Origin: Planctomycetota bacterium
GTDB taxonomy: Bacteria; Planctomycetota; UBA1135; UBA2386
Length of the DNA: 64,000 bases
NCBI GenBank assembly: GCA_046290465.1
Contig: JBKAGP010000001.1
Coordinates: 1,568,001 to 1,632,000 of the forward strand
Direction of reading: 5' to 3'
Shown here: piece after piece, positions 40,401 to 49,676 of the stretch
Layout of the letters: each line of letters opens with the position of its first letter
Position numbering within the stretch: the stretch's first letter is position 1
Position numbers and translations under genes: made by a program
The notes under the pieces: model-generated
Databases searched by the model: none
Told to the model about the DNA's origin: nothing
The model's input: only the letters and a program-made list of their open reading frames with translations

Positions 40401-41507
40401 GGCTGGCAGGTCATCAGCTCCGCCAGCGGCTTGCCGAGCGACGACGTTCGCGGCGCGCACGGCGCCTGGTCCGCACACCGCGAACTCGCGGGCGACGGCA
40501 CGTCCGCGCGGGAGCCGTTCGCCGTGGTCGACGACACCAATCAGGTCTGGCTGCTGTACTCCGAGGCCGAGGCCTTCGGCGACGCAGACGACCGCTGGTC
40601 CCTACGACAACGACGGTTCGACCCGGGGACCCGCGTCTGGAGCGCCGACCAGGCCGTCACGACGCTCCCGGCGGGCACGGTCGCCGACCGCGAACCGACT
40701 GCGTTGGCGCGCCCGGCCAACGGCCCGCTGGTGACGTTCGTCTCGACACGCCAAGGTGGCTCGCACCTGTGGCAGGTCGCGCTCTCCGCGACGGGCACTC
40801 CTGGCGCGCCCGGCCGCATCTTCGCCACATCCGCGCGTTCGCGGCATCCGGCGGCCGTCGCCCTTGCCGACGGAACCAGCTGGATTCTGCAGCGCAGCGA
40901 CACCAGCTTGCCACTCGCGCAGCTCGGTCGACGCAGCACGGCCGACTCCGTCTACTCGGATCTGCCGCGCAGTGAACTGCTTCCCGAAGGGTCAACGCTA
41001 CGGCACTTCGCGGGCACGGCGACGCCGGTACTCGCAGACGTCGACCGCAACGCAATGCATCGCGCCTGGGGCGACCTCGGCGCCTACACCTCCGTCAAAC
41101 CGGACGGCGGCCTCACCGCCCCCTACGAGGCCGACGACTACCACACCCGACACACCGTCGGACTGTACCTGCTCGCGCCGCCCGGCTCCGCCGGCCTGAC
41201 GAAGTCCAACATCGACCGCATGCGGGCACTCCTCGCCGAGGTGATCCCCGTCAACATGCGGGTCGTGTTGATCTTCGTCCCGGGGCTGCACGTCGAGCGG
41301 GTCTACGGCAACGGCATCGAGCCCACCGATGGCTACGCCGACGACTATCCCTTTGTCGACGTCTACGACGGCCCCACGGACACCGATGCCGTGGCCTTCG
41401 TCGACTGGTTCCTGCTGTTTTCCAACACCGCAGGCCACGTATCCGCGGATGCCGTCGATCCGGCGTCCCTGCGTGGTCGCACCTTCCGCCCAGGTCTCGG
41501 TCCATGA
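37434..41507 (+). CDS. tail protein I/gp7-like baseplate protein with inserted domains and beta-propellers
   Basis: LYDRLP...LRRFL...AVRLYRRVGSIPG; GLPSDD/AVDxxGxVWVAT repeats. Confidence 0.75.
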   Translation: MRIIDFQAEPDIVGRRVRISWTFVPEAGESIADAPQVRLRRKLHDFDFPTMPPPDPWLVFDSAAFPPAPVPGAIRVTSLPRLEDRDGAEREVAVPVSVAVPVAGTDRWLEVARRTIVTRYGADGLPVWRRIEVLDNGPEPFSLQPGTTYYYQLTGNLGSTPAKDVRDTAAVGEGHALGRMLYDRLPQVLKHGDTAQRPDASGTDTVPEMSRGQGQLRRFLDNFGAGLDSMRSSADHLGSLKQIDDVDARFLGAMGRSIGWTFDRRDDIPLHRNELKNAVRLYRRVGSIPGMRAIIERYAGWSSRASEFAQQVWRANNGASYHVLASWQVGGEWQAIDAVATQLGFGPGNRTALGAPGAAATLTGTVLEPFALPPSATLALATDGRPTRAVRFTDSDFVNPGATTAAELAAVLDRRLPDVIVRANAGALEIATRRIGIEARLDVRVEAAAPVSIADGPAERPATFVDRNGRLRIFATAAVADETEGIGQHAIAASQRQRVRILCHAHRDWWDEQVVAGVPGRGQACPAAVELPDGRLWLVWVDADADDSRLRGQLGVDAPQLPPRISGQLQEPFELAVGSSLRIEGSLPVETYTVLAADFVDPTQATAVEVVAAMNAQLATVTASVQPDGSIALLGTDAGPDAWRGIDLSQSTCARVLGLAEPDRAAQGSWSHEPLWSTPFFVAGSNARSQADCHAVVDPAGGVRLFRSRHRDRRWHVCATHWDDRRLLVTDSGLGTNAAGAGWTAETIADGMPSDDCRAVAVDCDGDVWVATAAGVGRRRPDGTWTTIDLGSGLASDDLRDCAFDASGAIWLAGAMGADRIDTAGAITNFALPDGLPSLDCRAIAVDSEDRVWIATAAGLATRSTDGAWSVIATPELPGLDVVQLAFDESGSVWVATTNGLATRDVRGTWTQPETGWTGAVLRDVAVGPDGVIWVTSDLGLAQRETDGSWTRWDTASGLPSNDCRRLSFTDDGQLEVATPAGLAVRTANGWQVISSASGLPSDDVRGAHGAWSAHRELAGDGTSAREPFAVVDDTNQVWLLYSEAEAFGDADDRWSLRQRRFDPGTRVWSADQAVTTLPAGTVADREPTALARPANGPLVTFVSTRQGGSHLWQVALSATGTPGAPGRIFATSARSRHPAAVALADGTSWILQRSDTSLPLAQLGRRSTADSVYSDLPRSELLPEGSTLRHFAGTATPVLADVDRNAMHRAWGDLGAYTSVKPDGGLTAPYEADDYHTRHTVGLYLLAPPGSAGLTKSNIDRMRALLAEVIPVNMRVVLIFVPGLHVERVYGNGIEPTDGYADDYPFVDVYDGPTDTDAVAFVDWFLLFSNTAGHVSADAVDPASLRGRTFRPGLGP

Positions 41508-42052
41508 TCCATCCCAGCGAGCAGCCGACATCCGGACTGCGTGGCAGCTACCGCGACATCCTCCGTGCCCCAGACGGACGCCCCATCTACGAAAGACCGT
41601 GGCGCCCCAACGCGATCGTGGCGGACTGTCGCCGCGTGCTGTCCGCCTTCGTCAACGGCACCGGCCCGGCTGCCCAAGGCATCCAAGGCCTGTGGATCGG
41701 GGCTGGCCTCGATGCCTGGGACAGCGTGCCCCCACCTCCGCCCACGGGCACCGAGACCGTGCTCGTCGACCCGAACCCGTTCCTAGTTCCGGTGGCCGCG
41801 ATGACCCTCGAGTTCCTGTCGCCGACCAACACGGTGTCGGCAACGCCAACGAACCGTCTGCAGATCTCGATCCCGATCGGACCGGGCCAGCCACCCTGGC
41901 CCGACGGCAACCACGCGACCGGCAATCTACGCGAGTTCGGCCTCGCAGCGCAGCTCGGCGGCAACCTCGTGCTCCTCAACTACGTCATCCACCCCGTCAT
42001 CGCCAAGGACCCCGCGAGCACGCTCGATCGGACGATCTGGCTGGAGTTCTGA
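41504..42052 (+). CDS. tail-collar/fibre-base-like protein
   Basis: GNLREFGL...NYVIHPVIAKD...RTIWLEF. Confidence 0.55.
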   Translation: MIHPSEQPTSGLRGSYRDILRAPDGRPIYERPWRPNAIVADCRRVLSAFVNGTGPAAQGIQGLWIGAGLDAWDSVPPPPPTGTETVLVDPNPFLVPVAAMTLEFLSPTNTVSATPTNRLQISIPIGPGQPPWPDGNHATGNLREFGLAAQLGGNLVLLNYVIHPVIAKDPASTLDRTIWLEF

Positions 42053-42072
42053 ACCACCTCGCCCCCTTCGTC

Positions 42073-44037
42073 ATGGCCATCATCTCCACGAACACGTTTG
42101 ACCCGCTGCAGCGCTACATCGGCGTGCGGTTGCAGCAGGGCGTCCCGATCGTCGATGCGGACTGGAACGAGTTCGACGACATCCACAAATTCGAACTGCG
42201 CGCCTACCTCAGATGGTTCGTCGGCGACGGCGTCCCCGAAGGCAACGACGCGTTCCGGCTGGTCGCGACCGACACCGCGGATGACTTCACGATCTCCGCG
42301 GGCGTTGCCGCCGGACCACCGGGCGACAACATCGTCACGGGCCTGCGGCACGTCGGACGCTGCATCGTCGATGGCAGGGACGTGCTGATCGAAACCGATA
42401 TCGCCTTCCGTGCCCAAAGTCTGCATGCGAGCCAGCCCAGCGCTGCCGCAGTGGCCGCGGCCTGGGGCGTGCCGACGGTTGCCGAGCTGCCGGCCGTCGA
42501 CGGGACGGTGCTCCTGTACGTCGACGTGTGGGAACGACTCGTCACCCCGAGCGAAGACCCCGGCCTCGTGTTTGCGGGTCTCGGAACGGAGAGCTGCGCA
42601 CGCCTGCGTCGGGAGTGGGTGCTGCGGTGGCGCGCAGCCACCGACGTGCCGCAGTCCGGAGACCCCGACCACCTGCAGGGCCACAGCTACTACGCCATCG
42701 CCCGCATCACCCGCCGCGCGGCCGACCCGGTCGTGCGCGAGGGCGACTGCGATGACCTCCGCGAACGCCGCCTGCTGACGCCGCCGGCAACCCTGATCGA
42801 AGACCTGCTGGATACGGACCCGATTCGCTACCGCCAGGGCCTCGACCGTCCAGCCATCTCCCTGCGAACGGCGATCAACGCGCTGCTTCGCGGCGAGCTT
42901 CCGGCGACCGACGAGTACGCTCTCGCTCCGGTGACCACGGCCCGCGACGACACTTCGTACTCGTGGTTCTTCAACGCTATCGGCGACCCGGTGGTGTTCT
43001 GGCACTCCGAGCGCTCCGGCGGACCGCGCCAGGTGTTCGCCGCAACCTGGCCGCAGGACGACCTCGCCGCCGTGACCGCGGCAGCTCCGGTGCAGGTGAC
43101 GACCGGCGCAACGGCGCACCGGTTGCCGCACGCGGTGCAGTTGCCGAACAACGACTACCTGGTCGTATACGAAACGGGATCGACCGACATCCATTATCGC
43201 CGCGCCGACCAGCTGAGCGGGCTGCCGGCAGCGACGGAGGAAGCGGTGCAGGCCACGGCAGACACGGACCGCCACCCGTTCGTCGTGCTCGCCGGCAACC
43301 AGGTCGTGTTCTTCTGGAACCGGAACGGCGCCCCGGACGAGTGGCTGTACCGCCGTCGCCAGTACGTGCCCTCGTGGAACGAGGCCGACGGCGCCTGGCT
43401 CGACGCCGCGCCTACCAGCCTGTCGGGCCTGCCGGCGGACAATGCCACCAGCACGGTCGGCGAGTTCCATGCGGTCGTCGACTCTTGGGACGCGATCTGG
43501 ACGGCCTTCCGAACGTCGACCGACACCATCGGCATCGTACGCCTCGACCCGGCGACGAACACACTCGAGAACTGGGGCAACCTCGAACTGGAAGGCAGCG
43601 TCGGTTCGACGAACGAAGAACCGTTCCTGATCCTGGACGGCGACCTCGGAGTCTGGATCGTCTGGCGCGACCAGAACGGCGTGCACCACGCGCGCTGGGA
43701 TCGTGCCACCGACACCTGGAGTGCGCCGTCGTTGGCGCCGGGATCGGGGCCAGGCGACAGCTCGCCGGTCGGGCTGCTCGATCACGAGAACGCGCTCTGG
43801 CTCGTATGGGTACAGGACGTCGCCGGTCATGAAAGCATCCTCACGATGCGACGCAATCCGACTACGGGGATCTGGGGGAGCGCACGTCAGGTCGTCACTG
43901 CAGAGGGCAGCGACGACACCCCGTACGCACTCCGCGGCCAGGCCGGCACCATCTGGTTGTTCTGGCGCAGCAACCGCGCCGGCTCCCTGCTGAACCACTA
44001 CGACCTCTACGCCAAACAATTCACGACCGCGATCTAA
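42073..44037 (+). CDS. DUF6519-like fibre/receptor-binding protein with C-terminal propeller
   Basis: TFDPLQRYIGVRLQQGVPIVDADWNE; LYVDVWER.VT..EDP. Confidence 0.8.
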   Translation: MAIISTNTFDPLQRYIGVRLQQGVPIVDADWNEFDDIHKFELRAYLRWFVGDGVPEGNDAFRLVATDTADDFTISAGVAAGPPGDNIVTGLRHVGRCIVDGRDVLIETDIAFRAQSLHASQPSAAAVAAAWGVPTVAELPAVDGTVLLYVDVWERLVTPSEDPGLVFAGLGTESCARLRREWVLRWRAATDVPQSGDPDHLQGHSYYAIARITRRAADPVVREGDCDDLRERRLLTPPATLIEDLLDTDPIRYRQGLDRPAISLRTAINALLRGELPATDEYALAPVTTARDDTSYSWFFNAIGDPVVFWHSERSGGPRQVFAATWPQDDLAAVTAAAPVQVTTGATAHRLPHAVQLPNNDYLVVYETGSTDIHYRRADQLSGLPAATEEAVQATADTDRHPFVVLAGNQVVFFWNRNGAPDEWLYRRRQYVPSWNEADGAWLDAAPTSLSGLPADNATSTVGEFHAVVDSWDAIWTAFRTSTDTIGIVRLDPATNTLENWGNLELEGSVGSTNEEPFLILDGDLGVWIVWRDQNGVHHARWDRATDTWSAPSLAPGSGPGDSSPVGLLDHENALWLVWVQDVAGHESILTMRRNPTTGIWGSARQVVTAEGSDDTPYALRGQAGTIWLFWRSNRAGSLLNHYDLYAKQFTTAI

Positions 44038-44072
44038 CGGGACGCGCTTCCCTTACCCAGCGAGACCATCTC

Positions 44073-46745
44073 ATGCCGAACCCAATGATTGCCCCGGTTG
44101 CCGACGGCCACGCCGTCGGGGATTCGAACACCGTATTCATCGACCTGATGCTGGTGGATGTCGACGACGAAGCATCGTTCACGATCGACTGTCCGACGAC
44201 GGCCTCGGTCTCGATCGAACGCGCGCCGACCAGCTGGGCGAGCACCGGCACGTCGCTGTTGTCCGCCGGAACGTGGAGCGGCTCGGCGGTGACGTTCGAA
44301 GGTTGGCAGGCGAGCATCAGCGTCGCCGGCACCGAGGCCACGATCACGGTCAGCCAGGTCACGACTTCGCCCACCTCGGACATGGTCCGCGTGCGGGTCT
44401 CGGAACTCGACGCCGCCGCGTGCACGGCAACGGAGGGCGGCAACGCGACGATCGAACGGGTGCTGGCCGACCCCAGTCTCACCGGCCTGGGTTCGAGCGG
44501 CCCCCCGCGCGAGAAGTCGACCGTCACGCTGCTCGGCACCGTCGACTACACCCAGTTCACGACGGGTAGCGCCTCGCTCTCCGCGCTGCCCCCCATCGGC
44601 GCGAACTGGTTGCGGGATCCATCGGATCCGCTGGCTTTCTCGCTGGGAGCGACCACGTTTGCCGGAGTCGGCGGCGCGCCGGCCCAGGCCGACTTTGTAG
44701 TCCCCGGGCTCTACGCGGACGTCGACACGGCCTTCGAACTGCGCGGCTACTGTGACCTCGACGCCTCGGGGACGTACGATCTCGGGGAACCGGAGAACAG
44801 CGAGCCATTCTCGCTCGAAGTCAGCCCGACCGACTTCCACATCCTACTCGTCATCGACCGATCCGGGAGCATGTCGGGCAGCCTCCCCGGGGTCACCCCC
44901 GGCGGCTCGACCAAATGGGAAGAGGCGAAGGCTGCCGCGCACCTGTGGACGGACTTCATGTTGGCGTTCCGAAGCGGCGACGGTCACCGCATGGGGATCG
45001 TGACGTTCGAACACGGAACCTGTGGCTGGGGCACCCAGTCCGCTTCGGGTGAAGTCGATCTGCGGATCCCGCCTCCGGGCGCCCTCGCCCCGCTATCCAC
45101 CTTCGACCTCGATGCGCTGGACCTCGGCGAGCCGGCATCGTGCACGCCGATCGGGGAATCGCTGGTCTTCGCAATGGACAAGCTGCTGGCCGAGTCGCCG
45201 AATCAGGACGAACGCCGCGTCATCGTTCTGCTGACCGACGGCTACCAAAACTCCGGGACGGTCACCATCAAGTCCACTCCACCGGCAAGCGGCGTCACCA
45301 CCTGGGCCAGCGAGCGCACCCAGGGTGCCCGGCAGATCATCAGCAACAACCTCGATCTCTACACCATCGCGGTCGGCCAGGAGACCGAAGAGGACCTACT
45401 CAATGACCTGCCCAACGACCCGGTCGGAGGTGCGGGCTTCTACCACCTGACCAACGACTCCTCCGACCTCCTCGAGACGTATGCGGCCATGCTCGGCAAC
45501 TCTCTGGATGCCGAGTCTCTGAGCCCGACCAACACGCCGGCCGAAACCGATCCGGGCTCGGCCACCGAGACCGCAGATGCGAAATACGTGCAGGTCAACC
45601 AGGGCGAGACGCGGCTGGCCGTCGCCATGGTTCGCAGCGATTCATCGTTCAAGGCACGGCTCGCCTATCGTGACCAGGGCAGCTCGGGGCCGTTCACGCC
45701 GATCGGATCGGGTCCGGACGTGGTGATCCACGAGCGACTCCGACACACGATGGCCATCATCAACCTGTCGGGCCTGTTCGCCGACCCAGCCGAGCCGGCC
45801 AAGGAATGGCGCCTGCAGCTACGCACCGATAGCGGCACGTCGCAGATCCTGGACGGCAAGGTCGTCGCGATGGTCGACCTGCACGTCAAGGCCCAGGTCT
45901 CGTTCGATCGCTCCTCGTACCGAACCGGCGAGCCGATCCAGCTGCAGTGCTCGCTGTCCGCAGGAGCGCGACCGCTCCCCGACGCGGAGGTCACGGTCGA
46001 GGTAGCCGCCCCGGGAGAAGGCCTGGGCACGTTCCTGGCCACCAACTCCGGGCGATACAAACCCGTGGACCAGGACGGGGATGTCAAGCCGCCCAAGCAG
46101 CTGATGTTCTCCACGCTGCTCAAGAGCCTGCAGCTGCCGGGACTGGCGGTGGTCAACCCGGTGTTCGCCGACGGCACCAACCGCCTGCACGACGACGGCG
46201 CGCACGGCGACGGCGCGGCCGACGACGGCGTGTATGCCAACAGCATCGCCGCGACCGACAAGGAGGGCACCTACCGGTTCCGCATCCGCGTCCGCGGTGA
46301 GGTCTCACCGAACAATCGTTTCGATCGACTCTTCGTGCGATCGACCTGGGTCGGAGTGCGAACCGACGTCGCAGCATCTCCTGTGACGATGGTCACGCTG
46401 CCGGCACCCGGACCCGGGCTCGTTGCCATCCAGGTCTTGGTGACACCGAAGAGCGCGACCGGCGAACTGGTCGGACCGTTCCGCGCCGACGAAGTCACCT
46501 TCCAGAGCAGCGCCGGCAGCTGGCAGGGACAGGTCGAGAGCCGCCTCGACGGCTCCTACTCCTACGTTTTGCACTACCCGGAAGGTCAACAACCGGTCGT
46601 GCAAGTCACGGTAGGCGACCAGCCACTCGGCCCACTCGTCGTCGGCGGCGAGGACAGCGGCGATCTGTGTGACCGCCACGGCTGCATCGGGCTCTTTTTC
46701 GTAGCAATACGCTGCCTCTTCCGCAAGCTCCTCAGAGGCAAGTAG
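44073..46745 (+). CDS. vWA domain protein with choice-of-anchor X-like and Ig-like domains
   Basis: MIDAS DRSGSM, TPIG, LLTDG; LHDDGAHGDGAADDGVY; hydrophobic/basic C-terminus. Confidence 0.85.
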   Translation: MPNPMIAPVADGHAVGDSNTVFIDLMLVDVDDEASFTIDCPTTASVSIERAPTSWASTGTSLLSAGTWSGSAVTFEGWQASISVAGTEATITVSQVTTSPTSDMVRVRVSELDAAACTATEGGNATIERVLADPSLTGLGSSGPPREKSTVTLLGTVDYTQFTTGSASLSALPPIGANWLRDPSDPLAFSLGATTFAGVGGAPAQADFVVPGLYADVDTAFELRGYCDLDASGTYDLGEPENSEPFSLEVSPTDFHILLVIDRSGSMSGSLPGVTPGGSTKWEEAKAAAHLWTDFMLAFRSGDGHRMGIVTFEHGTCGWGTQSASGEVDLRIPPPGALAPLSTFDLDALDLGEPASCTPIGESLVFAMDKLLAESPNQDERRVIVLLTDGYQNSGTVTIKSTPPASGVTTWASERTQGARQIISNNLDLYTIAVGQETEEDLLNDLPNDPVGGAGFYHLTNDSSDLLETYAAMLGNSLDAESLSPTNTPAETDPGSATETADAKYVQVNQGETRLAVAMVRSDSSFKARLAYRDQGSSGPFTPIGSGPDVVIHERLRHTMAIINLSGLFADPAEPAKEWRLQLRTDSGTSQILDGKVVAMVDLHVKAQVSFDRSSYRTGEPIQLQCSLSAGARPLPDAEVTVEVAAPGEGLGTFLATNSGRYKPVDQDGDVKPPKQLMFSTLLKSLQLPGLAVVNPVFADGTNRLHDDGAHGDGAADDGVYANSIAATDKEGTYRFRIRVRGEVSPNNRFDRLFVRSTWVGVRTDVAASPVTMVTLPAPGPGLVAIQVLVTPKSATGELVGPFRADEVTFQSSAGSWQGQVESRLDGSYSYVLHYPEGQQPVVQVTVGDQPLGPLVVGGEDSGDLCDRHGCIGLFFVAIRCLFRKLLRGK

Positions 46746-46950
46746 AGAAACCCGTTCCGAGCCTCGGTTCCTTCGGTCAGTTCTTCACGCTCCTGCCGCT
46801 CCTTCCAGCGTTGCATCCCTATTGCTCCCATCTACGATGCAAGTAAGTGCGTCACGCATCGCGTGTAGGGAATCAGGAGTACCAGTGCGACCGCCGAAGC
46901 TTAGCGAAGGAGCGAGATCTCGGATCGGACACCGGGACTACCGTGTGTGG

Positions 46951-47931
46951 ATGGATCGTTTCATCACGAGCGATCCGGCCACCCTCGACCTGCTCGACGT
47001 CCTCGATCGCGTCGCCGATACCGACGCCTCCGTGTTGATCACCGGAGAGTCCGGCACCGGCAAGGAGTTGCTGGCCCGCGGCATCCACGAGGCCAGTTCG
47101 CGTTCCAAACACGCCTGGGTCGCGATGAACTGCGGCGCGGTTCCAGTGGGGCTGCACGAGTCGGAGCTGTTCGGACACGTGGCCGGCGCGTTCACCGGCG
47201 CTTCCCAGAGCAAGCCCGGCCGGTTCGCCACCGCGGACGGCGGCACGATCTTCCTCGACGAGGTCGGCGAGATGCCGAAGCCGATGCAGACCGGACTCCT
47301 GCGAGTGCTGCAGTCCGGCGAGTTCTCCCCCATCGGAGAGGCGAAGACGACGAACTGCGACGTCCGGGTCGTATCGGCGACGAACCGCGACCTGCCGGTG
47401 CTGGTATCCGACGGTAGATTCCGCCTCGACCTCTACCACCGACTCAACCTGATCGAGATCAAGGTCCCAGCGCTGCGCCATCGCCGCGCCGACATCCCCT
47501 TGCTTGCCAACCACTTCCTCGAAAAGTACGCGACCCGCTATCAGCGACGGGTCTCGATTGGCGAGAGCTTCTTCGATGCCCTGCTGGAGCGAACGCTTCC
47601 GGGAAATGCCCGCGAGCTGGAGAACATCGTCCGTCGCGCCGTGCTCGTGTGCCGCACGAGTTGCCTGGGGCGCAACGATCTCCCACCGGAGAAGCCCAGC
47701 CAGGCGGCGGAACCTGCCGACCCGCCCCCGACAGAGCGAACGTTCCACGAGGAGAAGGCAAAGGTCATCGCCGAGTTCGAACGCCAGTTCCTGACGTCCA
47801 TCCTGCGCAAGAACGCCGGCATCGTCAGGCATGCGGCAACGGCCTGTGGCCTCAGCGAGCGCAACTTCCACGCGAAGCTGGCGCAGTACAGGATCACGAG
47901 CAAGGACTTCCGCGGCGCCGGCACGCACTAA
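46951..47931 (+). CDS. sigma54-dependent activator (bEBP) without N-terminal sensor
   Basis: GESGTGKE, ESELFGH..GAFTGA, FLDEVGE, FR.DLYHRLN, PGNAREL, C-terminal HTH. Confidence 0.93.
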   Translation: MDRFITSDPATLDLLDVLDRVADTDASVLITGESGTGKELLARGIHEASSRSKHAWVAMNCGAVPVGLHESELFGHVAGAFTGASQSKPGRFATADGGTIFLDEVGEMPKPMQTGLLRVLQSGEFSPIGEAKTTNCDVRVVSATNRDLPVLVSDGRFRLDLYHRLNLIEIKVPALRHRRADIPLLANHFLEKYATRYQRRVSIGESFFDALLERTLPGNARELENIVRRAVLVCRTSCLGRNDLPPEKPSQAAEPADPPPTERTFHEEKAKVIAEFERQFLTSILRKNAGIVRHAATACGLSERNFHAKLAQYRITSKDFRGAGTH

Positions 47932-48635
47932 GCGCGCACGCTCGCTTCGATGGCAGCTGCCCGATTCGCACGGCGACCGCACCGATTGCAGGATCTCGGC
48001 GTGAGCGTACCACAAGGCAGCGTACTATCCGGTCTCTTGGCGATCTCTACGTGGCTTCGTTCGACCGAGCGATGCAGGACCGCTCCTTCGAGATCTACCA
48101 TCGAGTTCGTCGCCGGCATTCAACCGCTTGCCTCGTCGACTCCGTAGCGACGCGGGAGTAGCAGGCAGGCTGCGCCCGGACAAGCCACATCAGCGATGTC
48201 CGAAGAGCGTCAGGATCAGTGCGAATGGGACCATTCAGTCCGCACACGTGCTGGCCGCGTCACGAAACACCCAAACCGCGAGAAGCGGAGGAGAAGAAGC
48301 CCATGGGAGAGTGCTGTCGCGAGCATTGGCAACGGCCTTGGCACTTCCGCGTGACCGCCCATCAGGCGACCACCGTAGGTGACCCTGCGCGCGACCGATG
48401 GACCTGAACTCGCTCGCTGTCACAGACCGCCCTATGAGAGCCACTCCGGTTCGCCCAAGCGGAGCCACCGCCAGTTCGGCCAAACGGAGCCAGGCCAGTT
48501 CGGCAGAACGGAGCCACCCTGGTTCGGCCAAGCGGAGCCACCTGTGACGGGTTGAGCCGGAAGCGAGTCTGGAACTGGGTGAGCCCCCTGCCACCCGGGA
48601 TCTTCGAGGAATCACTTACCCCCTCGAGGAACCAG

Positions 48636-49150
48636 ATGGGCAGGAGGCTCAGCATGCATCGTCTACAAGATCTCGTCCGACTCCACCGCGAAGGCGTCCC
48701 CGGCCGCACGGCGGCCCGCCTTCTGAAGATGGGGCGCAACACGATCGCCCGCTACACGAAGGCGCTGTCGGCGGCCGGCCTGCTGAGCGGCGACCCGAGA
48801 GACCTACCAGCCATCGAGGAGCTTCGCGCCGCGGTCGACGAACACGCGCCGCCGAGCACGCCGCCGCAGCAGAAGTCATCGATCGAACGATGGCTGCCGA
48901 TCGTCGATGCAAAGTCCGACGAAGGCGTGCCGCCGACGGCGATCTTCGACTTCCTTCGGCTCGAGCACTCGGACTTCGCGGGCAGCCTGTCGGCGATCAA
49001 GCGCCGCTGCGCGGCCCTGCGCCGCGAACGCGGCGTGCAGCCAGGCGAGGTGACGATGCCCGTCGAGACGGCGGTCGGCGACGTCGCGCAAGTCGACTTC
49101 GGCTACGTCGGCAAGCTCTACGACCCCGAGTCGGGCAAGGAAAAGAAGGC
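48636..49150 (+). pseudogene. istA: IS21 transposase IstA, 5' fragment
   Basis: HTH start ...ETAVGDVAQVDFG, then similarity ends. Confidence 0.85.
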
Positions 49151-49521
49151 ACCGCGCGTGTCGCGCTGGCTACTCGGTGCTCTACGTCGCCGCGCACGAG
49201 ATGCTGACCAAGCTGCGCGCGTCGCGAGCCGACGGCAGCTACGACCGATGCCTCGCCAAGTTTGCGAGCCCCGACCTGCTGATCATCGACGATCTCGGGC
49301 TGCGACCGTTGGAGAACGACGAGCCCATCGACCTCTACGAGGTCATCCGGCAACGCTACGAGCGCGGCGCGATGATCGTCACGAGCAACCGTGCGCTCGA
49401 GGAATGGCCGCCGCTCTTCGTCGATGAGCTGCTCGCCAGCGCGGCGATGGACCGCGTGCAGCACCATGCCCACGTCGTCGTCATCGATGGGCGGTCTTTC
49501 CGCCAGCCGCGGAGCGCGTAG
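49150..49521 (+). pseudogene. istB: IS21 ATPase IstB, 3' fragment
   Basis: HRACRAGYSVLY...DLLIIDDLG...IVTSN...AMDRVQHHA; Walker A missing. Confidence 0.85.
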
Positions 49522-49676
49522 TGGCTCCGTTTGGCCGAACTGGGCGTGATTCCTGCCGAACGCGATCAGGCTTCTGTGCCAATCCCGAAACGTCGCCTGT
49601 GCCAGTCCGAATCCGGCTTCGAGAGGTGGCTCCGAATGGCCGAACTGGGGTGGCTCCGATCAGGCGGTCCTTGACA

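Larger units (their letters stand above)
20907..47931 (+). other. contractile injection system (eCIS/tailocin-like) gene cluster
   Basis: Co-oriented cap, sheath, tube, chaperone, tube initiator, LysM, hub, spike, gp25, baseplate J, tail I-like, DUF6519-like genes; no capsid, portal or terminase. Confidence 0.9.
48418..49676 (+). mobile_element. internally deleted IS21-family element
   Basis: TGT...ACA ends, similar IRs (tgtcacagaccgccctatgagagccac / tgtcaaggaccgcctgatcggagccac), multiple ~24-bp subterminal repeats; istA 5' part joined to istB 3' part. Confidence 0.9.

Noticed and set aside
20907..44037. Prophage or T6SS interpretation
   Set aside because: No capsid, portal, terminase or replication genes; no TssJLM, TssK or ClpV; single-chain sheath
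48327..48343. TGGCAACGGCCTTGGCA as a sigma54 promoter
   Set aside because: GG-to-GC spacing is 11, not 10
48441..48542. Four ~24-bp direct repeats resembling a mini-CRISPR or iterons
   Set aside because: No spacers or cas genes; inverted copies at 49520-49660 identify them as IS21 subterminal repeats
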